This document shows positions 46,480 through 58,375 of a DNA stretch of 64,000 nt, piece by piece. This DNA is from Eukaryota sp. TZLM1-RC. Its lineage: Eukaryota > Protista > Metamonada: BaSk clade. The notes beneath the pieces are model-generated. The model had not been told where the DNA came from and made no database searches. It saw only the letters and a program-made list of their open reading frames with translations. The stretch is from NCBI GenBank assembly GCA_040285825.1, contig JAUPSS010000004.1:5175784-5239783 (forward strand). Reading direction: 5' to 3'. The stretch's first letter is position 1. Each line of letters starts with the position of its first letter. The translations under genes and the position numbers were made by a program.

Positions 46480-47200
46480 TTAACTTGTAAATGTGGTAAA
46501 CCTCTTTTGTTTACTCATCTTTTGCACTGTCAACATTTCATTACATTTAGAAGCAAAGTGCATAATAACGTCAGGAACCAAATGTAATGTGCAAATCATA
46601 TCGAGTAGATTTCTTTTTAGAACCGCTGTTATTAAAATTCATTCTTGATGATCCCAATATTGATAGTACCCGTTACAACAGAGCTTCTGTGGGTCTGACA
46701 AGAGTTGATCTAGTTGTTCCCGGTTTAAATGGTAGTTTTACTATTTTAGACGCCATGTCTATTGACCCTTGTAATTCCCTAACGAACATCTCATTAACTC
46801 GGATGTTAATAATGCTCTTCTTGCAGGCGAAAAATATAAAATTGCTAAATATGCGAAACCCATTTGATCGATTAATGAAAATTCTCATGCCCAATATAAT
46901 TTATGTCCCTTTGTTTTTTCTTTGCTTCGATCATTGGGTATGGCTTTCCTTGAGGATTTTGTTGTAGTTGTAAAGGAAAGAACTGGAAGAATTTTCAATC
47001 GTGTTGACTGGCAAAACAGGATTGTATTTTCTATTTTTAAGGGAATGGTAAAACTGATTTCTGATTCACTGTCTTCTTTTGGGAAATTTTCCGAAACCTT
47101 AGCAATTAATTGTTTTGATGTAGGGGAGGCAGGTTTTGAGGATGTGGAGTTTTAATTGTGTATTTTATGTTTTCATATTCGTTGTTGAATAAAATAAATT
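46480..47200 (+). mobile_element. CRE-like retrotransposon 3' fragment
   Basis: CKCG..H..HC, RSKVH, EPL, R.DL, LD, CPFVFS, WQNRIVF, FEDVEF*. Confidence 0.85.
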
Positions 47201-47338
47201 GAATGAAAAAATTCTTGAATAATTAATTTTTAGTGATTGGAAATTCCAATCAGTAATTGGCATCCTTCTCGACATCCAATTGGCATATTTCCACTATATC
47301 TATTTCCTTGATGAATCACATTCTATAAACCATCATCC

Positions 47339-48430
47339 ATGGTATTTTGCTGCTGTCTACCGTTTTTTAAAACGAAATCCTCATCCGACAGCCAAACCAA
47401 CCTCCTTGCTCTATCTTTCCCTTCCACCGATACTTCTTTTCCACCTCAACACCATCCTTGCGTCCTTGATACTGGATTTTTGTTGAATGGTTATCGAATC
47501 ACCAATTACATGCCTCAGTCTTCATTTCATCTAGCCTTCCACGACCACAAACAGCACTGCTACCTCGTCAAGGTTTTGTCATCAAGTCCCAACCCTCACC
47601 CCAACTCGTTTCCAAACAAGCATTTGGTTGCACTGATGAAAAAGTTTCGACATCCGAATCTGTTATCTTTGGTGGATGTTATACATCACGAAGAAGCAAA
47701 TAGATTTTATTTTGTTTACGAATTTGCTGACCTTCACCCACTTTCCACTCCTGCTGATGTCAGCACATGTCATGTCACGTCAGGTACCACGTCATCACTC
47801 AGTTGGAGATTGTTCAGAGAAGGTGTCAATATTTTAGATTTTTTTGTTCAGCAAGGATTTTATTTTGAATTAAAATTGAATAATTGCTTCAAAACACTTT
47901 CAAATAATTTAAAGGTAGCTTGGTTTGGGGAACCAGTGCCAGCATATGAGGACGTGTCACGAGATGACGATTCAGCTCAGAATTTGCTAGAAAGTCAATT
48001 AAAGTCTATATATTCACTCTCTTGCCTTTGTTCGGACATTGATTCTGCTCTATCATTGAGTAATAGTAACAACATTAGTTTGGAAAATATTAAGGAAAAT
48101 TCTTGGGTTACTGCCAACCAAAAATTTCCCTTTCCTGAGCTTAATTATGCCGTTGTCAGTGTCACTCAGCACGAAATTTTCAATGCAACTGTAGACTTTT
48201 ACAGTGAATTAGGATTTAGTAGTGAATATGTTGGTGATTATTCGGATTTATCATTTGACTCATTTGCTCCAAATTCCTCTAGAATTGTACCATTTTTGAA
48301 TATTAATCAGTCAAATTTTGATTTTTTGAGCACTGTAGATTTTTACAGTTTCTCGACTTTGTCCCTTGATAGTCTTGAGGAGGAAAGCGAAACTAGTAGT
48401 TCATTTATGGATGTTGGTAGAGCTTTTTAA
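47339..48430 (+). CDS. Divergent protein-kinase-like protein (CaMKK-like pseudokinase)
   Basis: VKVL, LMKKFRHPNLLSLVDVI and YFVYEFA are present; HRD and DFG are degenerate (FELK, WFG); N-terminal CCC cluster. Confidence 0.7.
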   Translation: MVFCCCLPFFKTKSSSDSQTNLLALSFPSTDTSFPPQHHPCVLDTGFLLNGYRITNYMPQSSFHLAFHDHKQHCYLVKVLSSSPNPHPNSFPNKHLVALMKKFRHPNLLSLVDVIHHEEANRFYFVYEFADLHPLSTPADVSTCHVTSGTTSSLSWRLFREGVNILDFFVQQGFYFELKLNNCFKTLSNNLKVAWFGEPVPAYEDVSRDDDSAQNLLESQLKSIYSLSCLCSDIDSALSLSNSNNISLENIKENSWVTANQKFPFPELNYAVVSVTQHEIFNATVDFYSELGFSSEYVGDYSDLSFDSFAPNSSRIVPFLNINQSNFDFLSTVDFYSFSTLSLDSLEEESETSSSFMDVGRAF

Positions 48431-49139
48431 CGACTGACACGTCAACATGACGTGAGTGTTATTTGTAATTTTTAATTTTTTTGTGTATATTTTGAATGAG
48501 TAAATATTTTTTACCCTTGTCCATTGGATTTCTCAATTACCAAAAATATCATTTATCCAAAAATTTGTATTTTCTATAACATTTTTGGAATTATCCAAAG
48601 AGTATATACTACGAACCGTCATCTATCAGAAATTCGCTGAGCTACTCGGCTGCATTAGGTTATTGAATTGTTTGAAATTTAAATGTTTTGTTTGTAATAT
48701 TGATCAATTTAGTGAAATTTTAAATAATATTGATTAAAATTATTTAATCCACAAGAAATTCAAGAATTAAACAGCGATCTACAATTTCAAAACCAAATAA
48801 TTCAACCTAATTCATAGATGATTAGGGTCTGTTTGTGGATTCTTATTTACAATTCCATATTTAAAATCAGTGGGGATAAGATTTGTGCTTAAACCACCAA
48901 AATAGTATCTGTTTGCACAGACTACCTATCCCAATTCTAGTAAAGATAATGGAATTTCCTCAAAATTTCATGCCTGACGGGTACTTAAGTAATCTAGTTT
49001 CTGCAATAACAGTGGAATGCATGAATATCTACTATTCCACTACTACGCATCATAGCAAAATTTACCGTCTTTTACTTGAAAACATATGAATGTAAAATTG
49101 AAAACTGATCAACAAATTATATTTATATTTTTTTAATTA

Positions 49140-50590
49140 AATTAACTCAATACTAATGGGACGACTATCGTTGAACCAAGATTTCCTCTACAAAATCTTG
49201 ATCTGCTTGCTGTCTAGCTAAAGCTTCTCATATTCGATTGGAAAACCGTGGTAATCTATTAATAATGGCAAATTGAATCCGTGAACGCCATAAAAATATA
49301 TCAAATCTTTTCATTGATTTTTCTTGCACCATTTTTTGGAAGTCATTCAAAAAAGTTTCTGCTTCAACTGATAATCTTCCATTTATCGAAAATGGGAAAG
49401 CAATAAAAACCAGCTGTGTATTTCTATCGACATTAGCCTCTTGAATATCTTTATCATATTTTCTATGTTTCTCTTTTGCTTTAAAATCCAGAGCAGCCAC
49501 AGGATTAAGTTTTCTTCTGTGAACCAAAGTATCATTTGCAACATAACATGAGACAAAGTCAACAATAGCTTCAGAATTATCAATCCAATCACAGTATACA
49601 TCACCTCTATCATCAGAACCAAAATTATTCAGAGAAAGTGTTTCCTTCAGCAGGGGCTCTTTGATACACGATATTCTTGCAGTTTGTGCCATGTTGAAAA
49701 CAGTGTCTCTAACAGCATCATGTAATGAAGAGCGATAAGTTATCAATTTAGAGCAATTCAGAGCATGGCGCAAAGTGAATTCGAACAAGTACATTTTTCT
49801 TTTGATAATAATTGATTAATGGGGATGTTCAAATATAATCTCATTTTTGTTACAAATGCTTCATTAGTGGCACACAATCCAAATCTTCGTGGTACAATAG
49901 TTACAAAAAGTGAAGAATCTGACGACTTGTTTTCACAAACACCCTTTTCCAATAACAATGAGTGAAGATCTTGATTTAAAACAGCCGTGCTGCATATATT
50001 ATTATAAAGATCATTTTCATACATTCCAGTCAATCGTTTCTGTAATGTTCAATGAAAGTATTTTAAATTTAAAAGATTCTTTACTGGAATATTGCCATTG
50101 AATGATTGGGGAAAGCATCGAGTCCATTTTTCTACATCAATTTTTGAAATTTCTTCATTCAATGCAAAAACAGTGGAACTTTGCGTTGTCATCAATAAAT
50201 CTTCCCAATCTGCAAATCTTTCGGAAAACTCAAAGATTGCATTTCTGCATCGACCAGTAAAAGCACACGAAGTAAGAATAGAAGCCTTCGTCCAACTTAA
50301 ACTGCCATAATGTGGACTAAGATAAGCATGGTCTGGAATTTGGAACATTTTACATCCCAGTAATTGTGACAAAACTTTTGCACGTAACTCATTAAACTTC
50401 TGAGCCAAAGGCCTAGTGACAAGAGGATTTGTAGATCGAAATATATGATTGAAGTTGGAACTAAAACACAGTCTTATAATGGTAAATTTGATATGTTTCT
50501 GTATATCTAAAGTCATCATTCGGTCAATTTTTTCTGAAATTGAGTTCAACTTTTCAAACAATTTTTTTATCATAAATTTCTCCAAATCAT
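49140..50590 (-). mobile_element. Decayed CRE-like retrotransposon (post-RT region, zinc knuckle, RLE, 3'UTR)
   Basis: RLCFSS..HI.RS, CTC, HALNC, RSSLHDAVRD, EP, RGD, VDF, KHRKY, PFSING. Confidence 0.9.
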
Positions 50591-51304
50591 TTGTTTAACT
50601 GTAAACATTTTATTACTTTACGATCAAAAGTCCATGATGGAGTTAAAGATCAGCTCTATTGTTTGTCTAAGTCTCACAGAATTGTCTCCTATTTGGAACC
50701 ATTTCTTTCTCATTTGGTTGATGAGGACACTTTGAATTCTTTTGGTTGTAACAGAGGTGATTTAAAGCTTGAAGGACTTGATGGGACCACTATCATCACT
50801 GATGTGAGATCAACTGATGTGTGTAATAATTCTTTCATACCATTAGCTCAGTCAAAACACAAAAATCCGCTGTCTGTTTGTTGGCGCCCTAAGGCTTATA
50901 ATATGATTAGAAAATAAATCAACTTTTCCTCATTGACTTTCCTTTACTACAATAGACTTTAGGCAACATGTTGCCGAAAATTCTAAAATTGATAAAGATA
51001 AAGAAAAGATGGTGTTCTTGAATACTGAATCTGACAATCATTATGTCCTTTGTCCATTTGCTTTTTCCTTACATGGTACGCTTGGACCACTTGCTTTCTT
51101 GGTCGATTTTGTAGAAATTGTGAAACAACATACAGTAAGAATTTTTGACAAAACGTTTTGGCAGAACAGAATTGTATTTTCAATTTTTATAGGTGTTGTC
51201 CCGTTATTCTCTTCTGCTTTATTATTTCTTGGTCGCTTTTAAGAAGAAAAAACTTCCAGTCAATTTTTTTGACTGATTTGGGATATGAAAATTTAGAATT
51301 TTAG
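50591..51304 (+). mobile_element. CRE-like retrotransposon 3' fragment interrupted by a mini-element
   Basis: RSKVHDGVKD, RGDL, TDV, NPLSV|AEN, CPFAFS.HG, FWQNRIVF. Confidence 0.88.
50879..50968 (+). mobile_element. 90-bp TGTTG...CAACA mini-element with a perfect 4-bp TSD (TGTT)
   Basis: TGTT at 50875-50878 and 50969-50972; excision restores KHKNPLSV-AEN as in the uninterrupted paralog at 31.1 kb. Confidence 0.9.
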
Positions 51305-51692
51305 TTTTTGTGTTCAGTTTTTTGAAAGTAATGAGTTAAAAATTAGAGAAATTTTCTTTTAATACCGGTATGTTTTTTGATTTGTTAACGCTTTTACAAC
51401 ATTGAGACACTTGGAATTGTCATGGTTCAATGCACCATCATTCATTAATGCTCCGTGAGGATAACAATCCACTTAGTTTTAGCTTGCCATTGTAGATTCA
51501 AATATTGCAAAGACTGAGGGGACTGTGTATTAGAAATGGAATTACCTTGATATGACAAAACCTGATGAAAAACTTCCAACCAGTAAAAAGCACACTTACG
51601 CAGATATTTGGACAGATATTTCCACAATGTGTTGGGCTTCTGTAAAAAAATTTAAGTCCAAACAATGATATATCCAAAACATGAATTTCGAT

Positions 51693-52109
51693 TTAAAACA
51701 ACGCCACAAAAGCAACAACTATTAACACAATATTAGCAAACCACGAAATCATAAAGAAGTAGCTTCTCGGACTGGGATTTTGTTCAGTTGCGATCTTGTA
51801 GTACAAGGCCATGTGAACAACTCGAGACACAAAAATGATACCAAGTAGCCAAGCAACAACAGTGTTAGTTGCACCTGCTAGGATAGCAAAGAACGCACCT
51901 CCCAGAATCGTTCCTAAGTTCTCTAACGTGTTCTGATGTGTCCGATATGCTCTAAAGGCAAACTGATCGTGAGTTTCAATCTTAGGAGGCTGTCCTGGAA
52001 GAGCCCCTGTCTTAGCCTTTGCGATAGTAGCTACCATCCATTGTACCACTACGAGGACGAGAAGTAGACCTGTGAAAAGAAGACTTGTGTGGTATTCGTC
52101 TGATATCAT
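51693..52109 (-). CDS. MAPEG family membrane protein, bacterial-type
   Basis: Four TM segments; FRAYRTHQNTLEN, SRVVH..LY and NPSPRSYFF. Confidence 0.88.
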   Translation of the reverse strand: MISDEYHTSLLFTGLLLVLVVVQWMVATIAKAKTGALPGQPPKIETHDQFAFRAYRTHQNTLENLGTILGGAFFAILAGATNTVVAWLLGIIFVSRVVHMALYYKIATEQNPSPRSYFFMISWFANIVLIVVAFVALF

Positions 52110-52690
52110 TTAAACGGAAACAAAAATGATTGAAATCTGCGAGTGGTTAATCCAGTTTTTCAAGGCTTTCACCCAATAAAATACTTAGTGCATTAAGTGC
52201 AGTGGGTGGCACCTAATGGTTGAAATCTCAAACTTTTTTAAATCTAAAACACTGAGTTGATCTATTGTTCGTCCATGGCTCATGAATTAATTGTTTATAC
52301 AAAAATCACAACATCGTTATTTATGCTTCATTTATTGATCGATTAATACCATTGAACCTTAATCTGTAACCAATCACTTTTGATTCAAACAGGTTCTCAC
52401 AGAAGGACCACAAACATGAATGTCTGTTTGATGAAGCAACAATTCATCATGTTGATTCTCAGCAGAAGCAGAGCATCGATAGCTTTCAGCTAATGATAAT
52501 ATTAGAAGGTAGATTCAGAAAAATTTAGGTACACCACAATGTGGTTCCAACAGCGAGTAAATGTGAAACACCTATGAGAAACATAGCAGAAATGATGTGA
52601 ACATTAAAAGGCACAGAAATGGATCAACATCAATTGAACAGAAGTTTATTAATTAAAAAGACGACTGCGTCTCATCATCCTCTTGACACA

Positions 52691-53266
52691 ATGAGCAACA
52701 CCGACGAGCTGAAGGAACTCACCGATCGGTTAGCTCAATTGTTACCACATGATGCACCCATTCCTTCTTCAGCTGATCCTCAGCTCCTACATTATTTCCT
52801 ACTCACACAAACCCAACTTACTATGGTGCATCAGAGTCTTTCAGAGATGAGACAGCAGCTCAATCATGCTTTATCATCACCTCATTCCCCACCAGATCCC
52901 ACTCCACAATGCTCCTGTCAGGATCAACCTCCCAAAGACCTATGCGAGGCATCGACAGACCCCATGCAGCAACCATCACCTCCCACCAAAGTCACAGTTA
53001 CCGTACAAACAGACTCCCTTGACAACCAACCCACTGAGACCACCACCTTCCAACCAATATCCCCAACTCCTCCAGTGCCACGTCACACACCGTCACCACC
53101 GCATTTCACCACCAGATCTCCCTCAAAATCTCCTTCTTCAAATCTACTCACAGTCGGCCCTCTTGAACCCACTGTACTATGGGAGAAGGAGAATGTGAGG
53201 AGTTATCAACAGGAAGATCGATATTTGGATCATTTGAGTGGAAGGAATTTGTCAAAGTTTAGGTAA
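52691..53266 (+). CDS. Hypothetical Pro/Thr-rich protein
   Basis: Clean ORF; probable start MSNTDEL at 52691; N-terminal coiled coil. Confidence 0.6.
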   Translation: MSNTDELKELTDRLAQLLPHDAPIPSSADPQLLHYFLLTQTQLTMVHQSLSEMRQQLNHALSSPHSPPDPTPQCSCQDQPPKDLCEASTDPMQQPSPPTKVTVTVQTDSLDNQPTETTTFQPISPTPPVPRHTPSPPHFTTRSPSKSPSSNLLTVGPLEPTVLWEKENVRSYQQEDRYLDHLSGRNLSKFR

Positions 53267-53680
53267 TTGATTTTTGTAATTTTTTTGTAATCTAATGTAT
53301 TTCTTAAATTTTTTTCAGAATTTATCTGTTGTTTGCCTTTGTTATTTTATTTATTTTTTGTTTTATTTAAATTCAGACGTGCTTTGTATTATTGATGTAT
53401 AAATTTTATTTCATTTGTTAAATTAAGAATTTTTGAAATAGTTTGGGTCAAAACAAGGTCATTTTTGCTGAGTCACTAGTTAATACTAATACCTTCCATT
53501 CCAGGAAGGTATGCCACATCAGCATTTGATGTGGTATAACTTTACCGTCTAAATGCTGCAGAATTAGAAAATTGTAACATTAATTCCTGCCTTCTTTGTT
53601 AGAGTATGTTAGCTTGGTGAAACAATGTTGAGGTTCCCATATGTCATCACTAGAGAGAGATATCAACTATTTCGGAAAGT

Positions 53681-53723
53681 AAAAAAAAGAAAAAAAAAGA
53701 AAAAAAAGAAAAAAAAGAAAAAA
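53681..53723 (+). repeat. (A8G)n microsatellite
   Basis: Directly visible, downstream of the USP stop codon. Confidence 0.9.
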
Positions 53724-53744
53724 TCCTTTATACATAATAAACAC

Positions 53745-56567
53745 CTACTCCTCCATACCCAGACCAGCTCCTTCGCTAGGACTCATTGGCTTTGAATCAT
53801 CTTTGGTATCCTCAACTGCAAAGCTAAACTCTTCTTCAATAGCCTTCAACTTTATCAAAACTTCCCTATTTCGCTGTTCAAAAAGCACAACTTCATCACT
53901 TATTTTCTTATCCAATCCTTCTAATTGTGATTTGTTGAGGGGATCTATTCTTGAGGGAGCTCCTGCTGGTGGTTTGTAAGTCACTGCTTCAGCTATAGTG
54001 TTCTTGACAACATCTGGGATCTGTAAATTGCTTACTTGCTTCATAACATCGTGATTTAAAAACAAGACAAACCAATCTGATTCTCCCAAATATTTACTGC
54101 TATGAATAACTTGGCATATAGTAGTTGTGCCCTTATCTAATAAATTTGGAATAGTCTTGCTCCGAGAAAGATTTAATAAAGAATTGTTGTAACATTTAAA
54201 CAAGACCACACGTAATGATGATTTGACATGATCCAAAAGGTTCATAGAGACTGATTCAGAAACCTTGCAACTGAGCTGAAGAGCGGTAGTGAGGTGTGAA
54301 ATGCATTCCATTGGTCGCTCAGTCAGAACGTCCTCCAAGGCTTGGTGGAAATGGTAAGCCATGTTGGAGAAGGCGAGGAAAGAACGATAATGTTCGCCCA
54401 AGTCTTCAAGATTGGTCAATATTGAGCGTTGATTCCCGAGGACTCTGTCTAATTCTGAGCGTACTCTGATATCTGAAAGGTCCTTCTCTGGGTATTCTTC
54501 AAGCCAAACTTCACGACTAATTACTTGACCAACCATCTCAGAGGCAAGATCACCAAGAGAGAGTAAATAGACAGGAAGGGAAGAAATGCGGGGGTCAGGG
54601 AAACCACCACGTCGTCTAAAGTCATCCCAAGTCTGCTGGACTTCTGTTGACTTCTTCGCCACCAAGTTAACAAAATGATGGGAGTCTGGGGGTGCATGAC
54701 GGTTCTGCCAAGTTTGGATTTCACAATCAAATGCTGCATTATCTTGCTCAACTTCTTGTTGTAAGTGCAGAGGTACCATTGCTTCACCATAGAAAGCATG
54801 AAAAGCAGCCGGGCGGAGATAAACAAGGAAATAAGCAGAACCTAATGCTTTACCATCGCCAAATGATTCATGTAGTAATTGAGTCTCATCTGCCCTTGAC
54901 ACGAATTGGTCATTGAATTTATACCAATACCTACTTTCTGGGTTTGGTGGTCTAGGGGCTTCAGTGGTTGATTCAAAGGTTTGGGTTTGAGTATCACCCT
55001 CGAAATGAGATTGAAGGCAATGTCCATTGGGGAAAGCAATGTAGTTCCAGAAATGACCTGATAGACTTGAACCTTGGTGGACCAGAATTGAAAATAAATG
55101 AAAAGTATCACCACTTAAAGGATCGTAGAGACGAGAAATTTGACTTTCTAAATTTTCAACAACTGATCTCCTCTTGTCACTTTCTGATTTGACAACTGCA
55201 GACATCGACTGTAGAGTTTGCAGTGTTGAAAACTCTGTAGGCCTAATATTGACCAAAATTTCAGATGGATTTCTACAAAAATTCTCAGCAAGACCTAAAA
55301 TTTCAAACAGAGAAATCCCCTTTCCTTTATAATTATCCACATCGGACAATGATTTTTGTGCATCAAACAACTGCCTTTTGAGCTGGTGATGTTGACTGTG
55401 AACGTCATCAATTAAACTGATGTAATCACTACGCCATCGGTTTCCTTCAAAACTAAGTGGGAAACCAAACTTATCATACCGTTTTATAGTAGAATTACTT
55501 TCAAAATTATAAGAATAGCGTTGCAAAGCGAAACAAACAGCCGAGTCTCCAAAACTATCAATCAAAGTTCTAATCGTAGGCCTGGAGTGATGAGCTGGCA
55601 ACACGTAATCAGGAACGACACTGGGATCAGCCTTTGAGTCCATTGCAGATAATAAATCTCCATAATCTAATGGTAGATTAAGAAAAACAAAAGGTTCAAC
55701 TGTTTTTGATAAAGTTTTCTGTTGATTATTGGGATCAGTACACTCTACTATGTCAACACTATTACCCCTAAATATCTTGGTGACGTCATCGTTTCCCAGG
55801 CCTATTTCTAGTAATTCCAATAAACGTAATAAAAACTCGGTTGCATCGTTCTGTTGGCCAGGTATCAGAGCTGAGAAACCATCGTAAGTGTTGGCAGCTT
55901 TAGTAATGGCTTCCGCAAGCTTGGTAGGTGTGTAATAACTTCTATTGGAGAGTCTCAAAAAGGCAAAAGTTCGTTGGAGTTCAAGAACCACATTGATTGC
56001 AGGAAGATCCTTTGAGTTGGTGTAATCATGAGGGGGAGCATATTCAAGAATGGTTTTACGAATGAAATAGACGTGGTAAAAGGTTTGACATATAGAGGCG
56101 AGATAGCAGCTATTACCAACGTTTCTTAAGCCGGCTGGTGTACCCTCCGATCTTCGGCGATGCAGAGGGTTTGGGTCTTCTTGTGGTGTATGTGACTGTT
56201 GCATTGAAGATTCAATAGCCTTTTGAAGTTCAATGTCTTCAGTCTGATCGGCTTGTTGGGCTTGAATGTGGGTTGAAAGAGAAGCTTTGATTGCCTGTTG
56301 AAGCTCTTGATCTTCTGTTTGGTGAGGTGCATTCATATCGTTATAAGGAAAGTAAGTTGAAGGTTGGGAAACTGGTTGAGCTGTGGATGTAGCAGGAGCT
56401 GCTTGAGTGGATACCTGAGATCGTAAAGACTCGATCTCAGTTATGGCCTGATCAAGCGTATTGATTGAAGAATTAGTTCTCAGAGCAAGATCAACCTCAC
56501 CCGGAGAGAAACCCATGCTGATAAGTTGTCCATAAAGCTGTTGTTGGGACCATGGTAGGTGTGACAT
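53745..56567 (-). CDS. Ubiquitin-specific protease with UBA and two UIMs (USP25/28-like architecture)
   Basis: UBA MGF, UIMs ELQQAIKASL and ELQKAIESS, Cys box GLRNVGNSCY, QNDATEF, His box LVHQG..SGHF and WYKFND. Confidence 0.93.
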   Translation of the reverse strand: MSHLPWSQQQLYGQLISMGFSPGEVDLALRTNSSINTLDQAITEIESLRSQVSTQAAPATSTAQPVSQPSTYFPYNDMNAPHQTEDQELQQAIKASLSTHIQAQQADQTEDIELQKAIESSMQQSHTPQEDPNPLHRRRSEGTPAGLRNVGNSCYLASICQTFYHVYFIRKTILEYAPPHDYTNSKDLPAINVVLELQRTFAFLRLSNRSYYTPTKLAEAITKAANTYDGFSALIPGQQNDATEFLLRLLELLEIGLGNDDVTKIFRGNSVDIVECTDPNNQQKTLSKTVEPFVFLNLPLDYGDLLSAMDSKADPSVVPDYVLPAHHSRPTIRTLIDSFGDSAVCFALQRYSYNFESNSTIKRYDKFGFPLSFEGNRWRSDYISLIDDVHSQHHQLKRQLFDAQKSLSDVDNYKGKGISLFEILGLAENFCRNPSEILVNIRPTEFSTLQTLQSMSAVVKSESDKRRSVVENLESQISRLYDPLSGDTFHLFSILVHQGSSLSGHFWNYIAFPNGHCLQSHFEGDTQTQTFESTTEAPRPPNPESRYWYKFNDQFVSRADETQLLHESFGDGKALGSAYFLVYLRPAAFHAFYGEAMVPLHLQQEVEQDNAAFDCEIQTWQNRHAPPDSHHFVNLVAKKSTEVQQTWDDFRRRGGFPDPRISSLPVYLLSLGDLASEMVGQVISREVWLEEYPEKDLSDIRVRSELDRVLGNQRSILTNLEDLGEHYRSFLAFSNMAYHFHQALEDVLTERPMECISHLTTALQLSCKVSESVSMNLLDHVKSSLRVVLFKCYNNSLLNLSRSKTIPNLLDKGTTTICQVIHSSKYLGESDWFVLFLNHDVMKQVSNLQIPDVVKNTIAEAVTYKPPAGAPSRIDPLNKSQLEGLDKKISDEVVLFEQRNREVLIKLKAIEEEFSFAVEDTKDDSKPMSPSEGAGLGMEE

Positions 56568-56679
56568 TATCTAATAGTACAAAGATGAGTGTTTCATTTG
56601 ATTAATAAAGTGATATCCGAATTAATGATTTTTGAATCTAGATTAATTATTGATCAATTTTAGACTCTGTTATTACAAT

Positions 56680-57161
56680 TTGATTCCTTTGGTAAAAGAA
56701 GGGCAGATTTAGTAGCTCCAGGGATCGATGGTGTTCTCAATGTTGTAGACATTGTCTCAGTGGATGTTTGCAAAAATTCTGCTGCTGGTTTAGTGTATTC
56801 CGCTGACTCGCCGTTATCTAACGCCGAAAAAAAGAAGATAAAAAAATATGAAGAACCTTTGGCACAGTTAGGTAGAGTGGACCATGTGAAATATCAGTTT
56901 GTGCCGTTTGCAATTTCTCTTTTTGGCAATATTGGACCTTCAGGGTTGCACTTTTTTGAAAATTTCAAAAAAGTGTTACTGAATAGGTCTGGTAAAACAA
57001 TGAACTCCACTTTCTGGTTAAATAGAATTGTTTTTTGCATTTTCAAGTCTATTCCAACAATGATTTCAAAGGCACTTTTAGCTATTGGTAGAGAATATGA
57101 ATGTATTGCTGTGAGTAGGTTCAGTAATAGTGACGCTTGTTTGGAGGATATTGAATTCTAG
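56680..57161 (+). mobile_element. CRE-like retrotransposon 3' fragment
   Basis: GKRRADL...KKY...PFAISLFG...LEDIEF*; close to the 15 kb copy. Confidence 0.88.
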
Positions 57162-57214
57162 ATGGGTTTTTTATCTCAATAATTATTCCAGATTTAAAAA
57201 TAAATAAATTATTT

Positions 57215-57520
57215 TATTCGAAGTTTTCGTTTGTTCCTTTTGCCTTTTCGATTTTTGGCAACATTGGACAATCCGCCATGAATTTCATCAATGATTTTGG
57301 TAATTTATGTCGTTCAAGTGGTAAGAATTTTGCAGAGAATTTATGGAAAAATCGTATCATTTTCGCTTTGTACAGAAGTGTTCCCAAGTACTTGAGTTTA
57401 ATGATGTCCAAGCTGTATAAGGATTCATCAAGAGTTGGCGTGGAGAATTTTGTTTCTTATGTGTTTTAGTTTGTTTTGTTATGTTTTGTTACTTTTTTTT
57501 TAATAAATAAATAAATAAAT
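57215..57520 (+). mobile_element. CRE-like retrotransposon 3' tail with 3'UTR ending in (TAAA)n
   Basis: Near-identical to 20028-20280 in the opposite orientation. Confidence 0.85.
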
Positions 57521-57730
57521 TTTGTTTCTTAAAAAAAGTTATTACAATTAATTTGCAGTCATTTGGAATCAACTCCAGTTGTGATTCGTTAAAGAGTCTT
57601 GTAGTAAACCCCATTCCGACTGAACTTACATGTGGATAAAAACACTAATAAAGAACATACTTCGGAAACAACACCTAAACCAAATCACAATTGGAGATTT
57701 TATTAACAATATACACATGAACAAACCAAA

Positions 57731-58375
57731 CTAAGAGCGAAGAGCTGCCATACGTTTTTGAAGTTCTGCATCGGCTTCATTGTCTTCTACTTCTTCTTCC
57801 TGCGCATGTGCCGGTGTTTTTGAGACAGGTACATGGGTGCTAGACGTAGCATCTGTCAAAATCTCAGTCAGAACAGAGTCAAGTTCTTCTTCTGCCTCTG
57901 ATTCATCACTCATATCCCCAAGAGCGTCATCTAATGTATCCCCAACCATCTCTTCAATGACACCTGCCTTCTCCATCTCTTTGGAAAGATGCATCATGGT
58001 GTTACTAAGCTCAGGTAGTCGTATTAGATTGGACATTAAAGACATTATTTCAGTAGACTTTCCTACAGCTGAGGATAAACGAGCAGTTGCCATATTGGAA
58101 GCAAGGTTCATCTCAACAGAGTTTAACTGTGCTCGAGCCGTCCAGAACCTCTCCTTGGCTTTTCTAGAGTTCACGAGTTCTTTGGCTAACAGTTTGGCGG
58201 ATGACATGCGGCCTTCCTTGGCTGCTTGTTTAATAGAATTTTGGGTTCGCTTCTCTTGCATCTCTATGCGCCGTATTTGACGTTCAAGGCCACGTTTTTC
58301 TGACCTAATTTGTTTGCGCCATTCCTTAGCCTGTTCCTCTGGGTCTGGTCGTTTTCCAAAGATTCTAGCAAGCAT
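57731..58375 (-). CDS. VPS24: ESCRT-III subunit Vps24/CHMP3
   Basis: FGK..P.EQ.KEW...IR.E.R.L.RQI, AK.LAKELV, AQLNSV, LSKEM.KAG.IEEM, C-terminal MIM1 RMAALRS. Confidence 0.93.
   Translation of the reverse strand: MLARIFGKRPDPEEQAKEWRKQIRSEKRGLERQIRRIEMQEKRTQNSIKQAAKEGRMSSAKLLAKELVNSRKAKERFWTARAQLNSVEMNLASNMATARLSSAVGKSTEIMSLMSNLIRLPELSNTMMHLSKEMEKAGVIEEMVGDTLDDALGDMSDESEAEEELDSVLTEILTDATSSTHVPVSKTPAHAQEEEVEDNEADAELQKRMAALRS

Noticed and set aside
57780-58280. 166-aa plus-strand ORF and similar antisense ORFs inside the channel, USP and CFAP100 genes
   Set aside because: Antisense shadows of well-supported genes.
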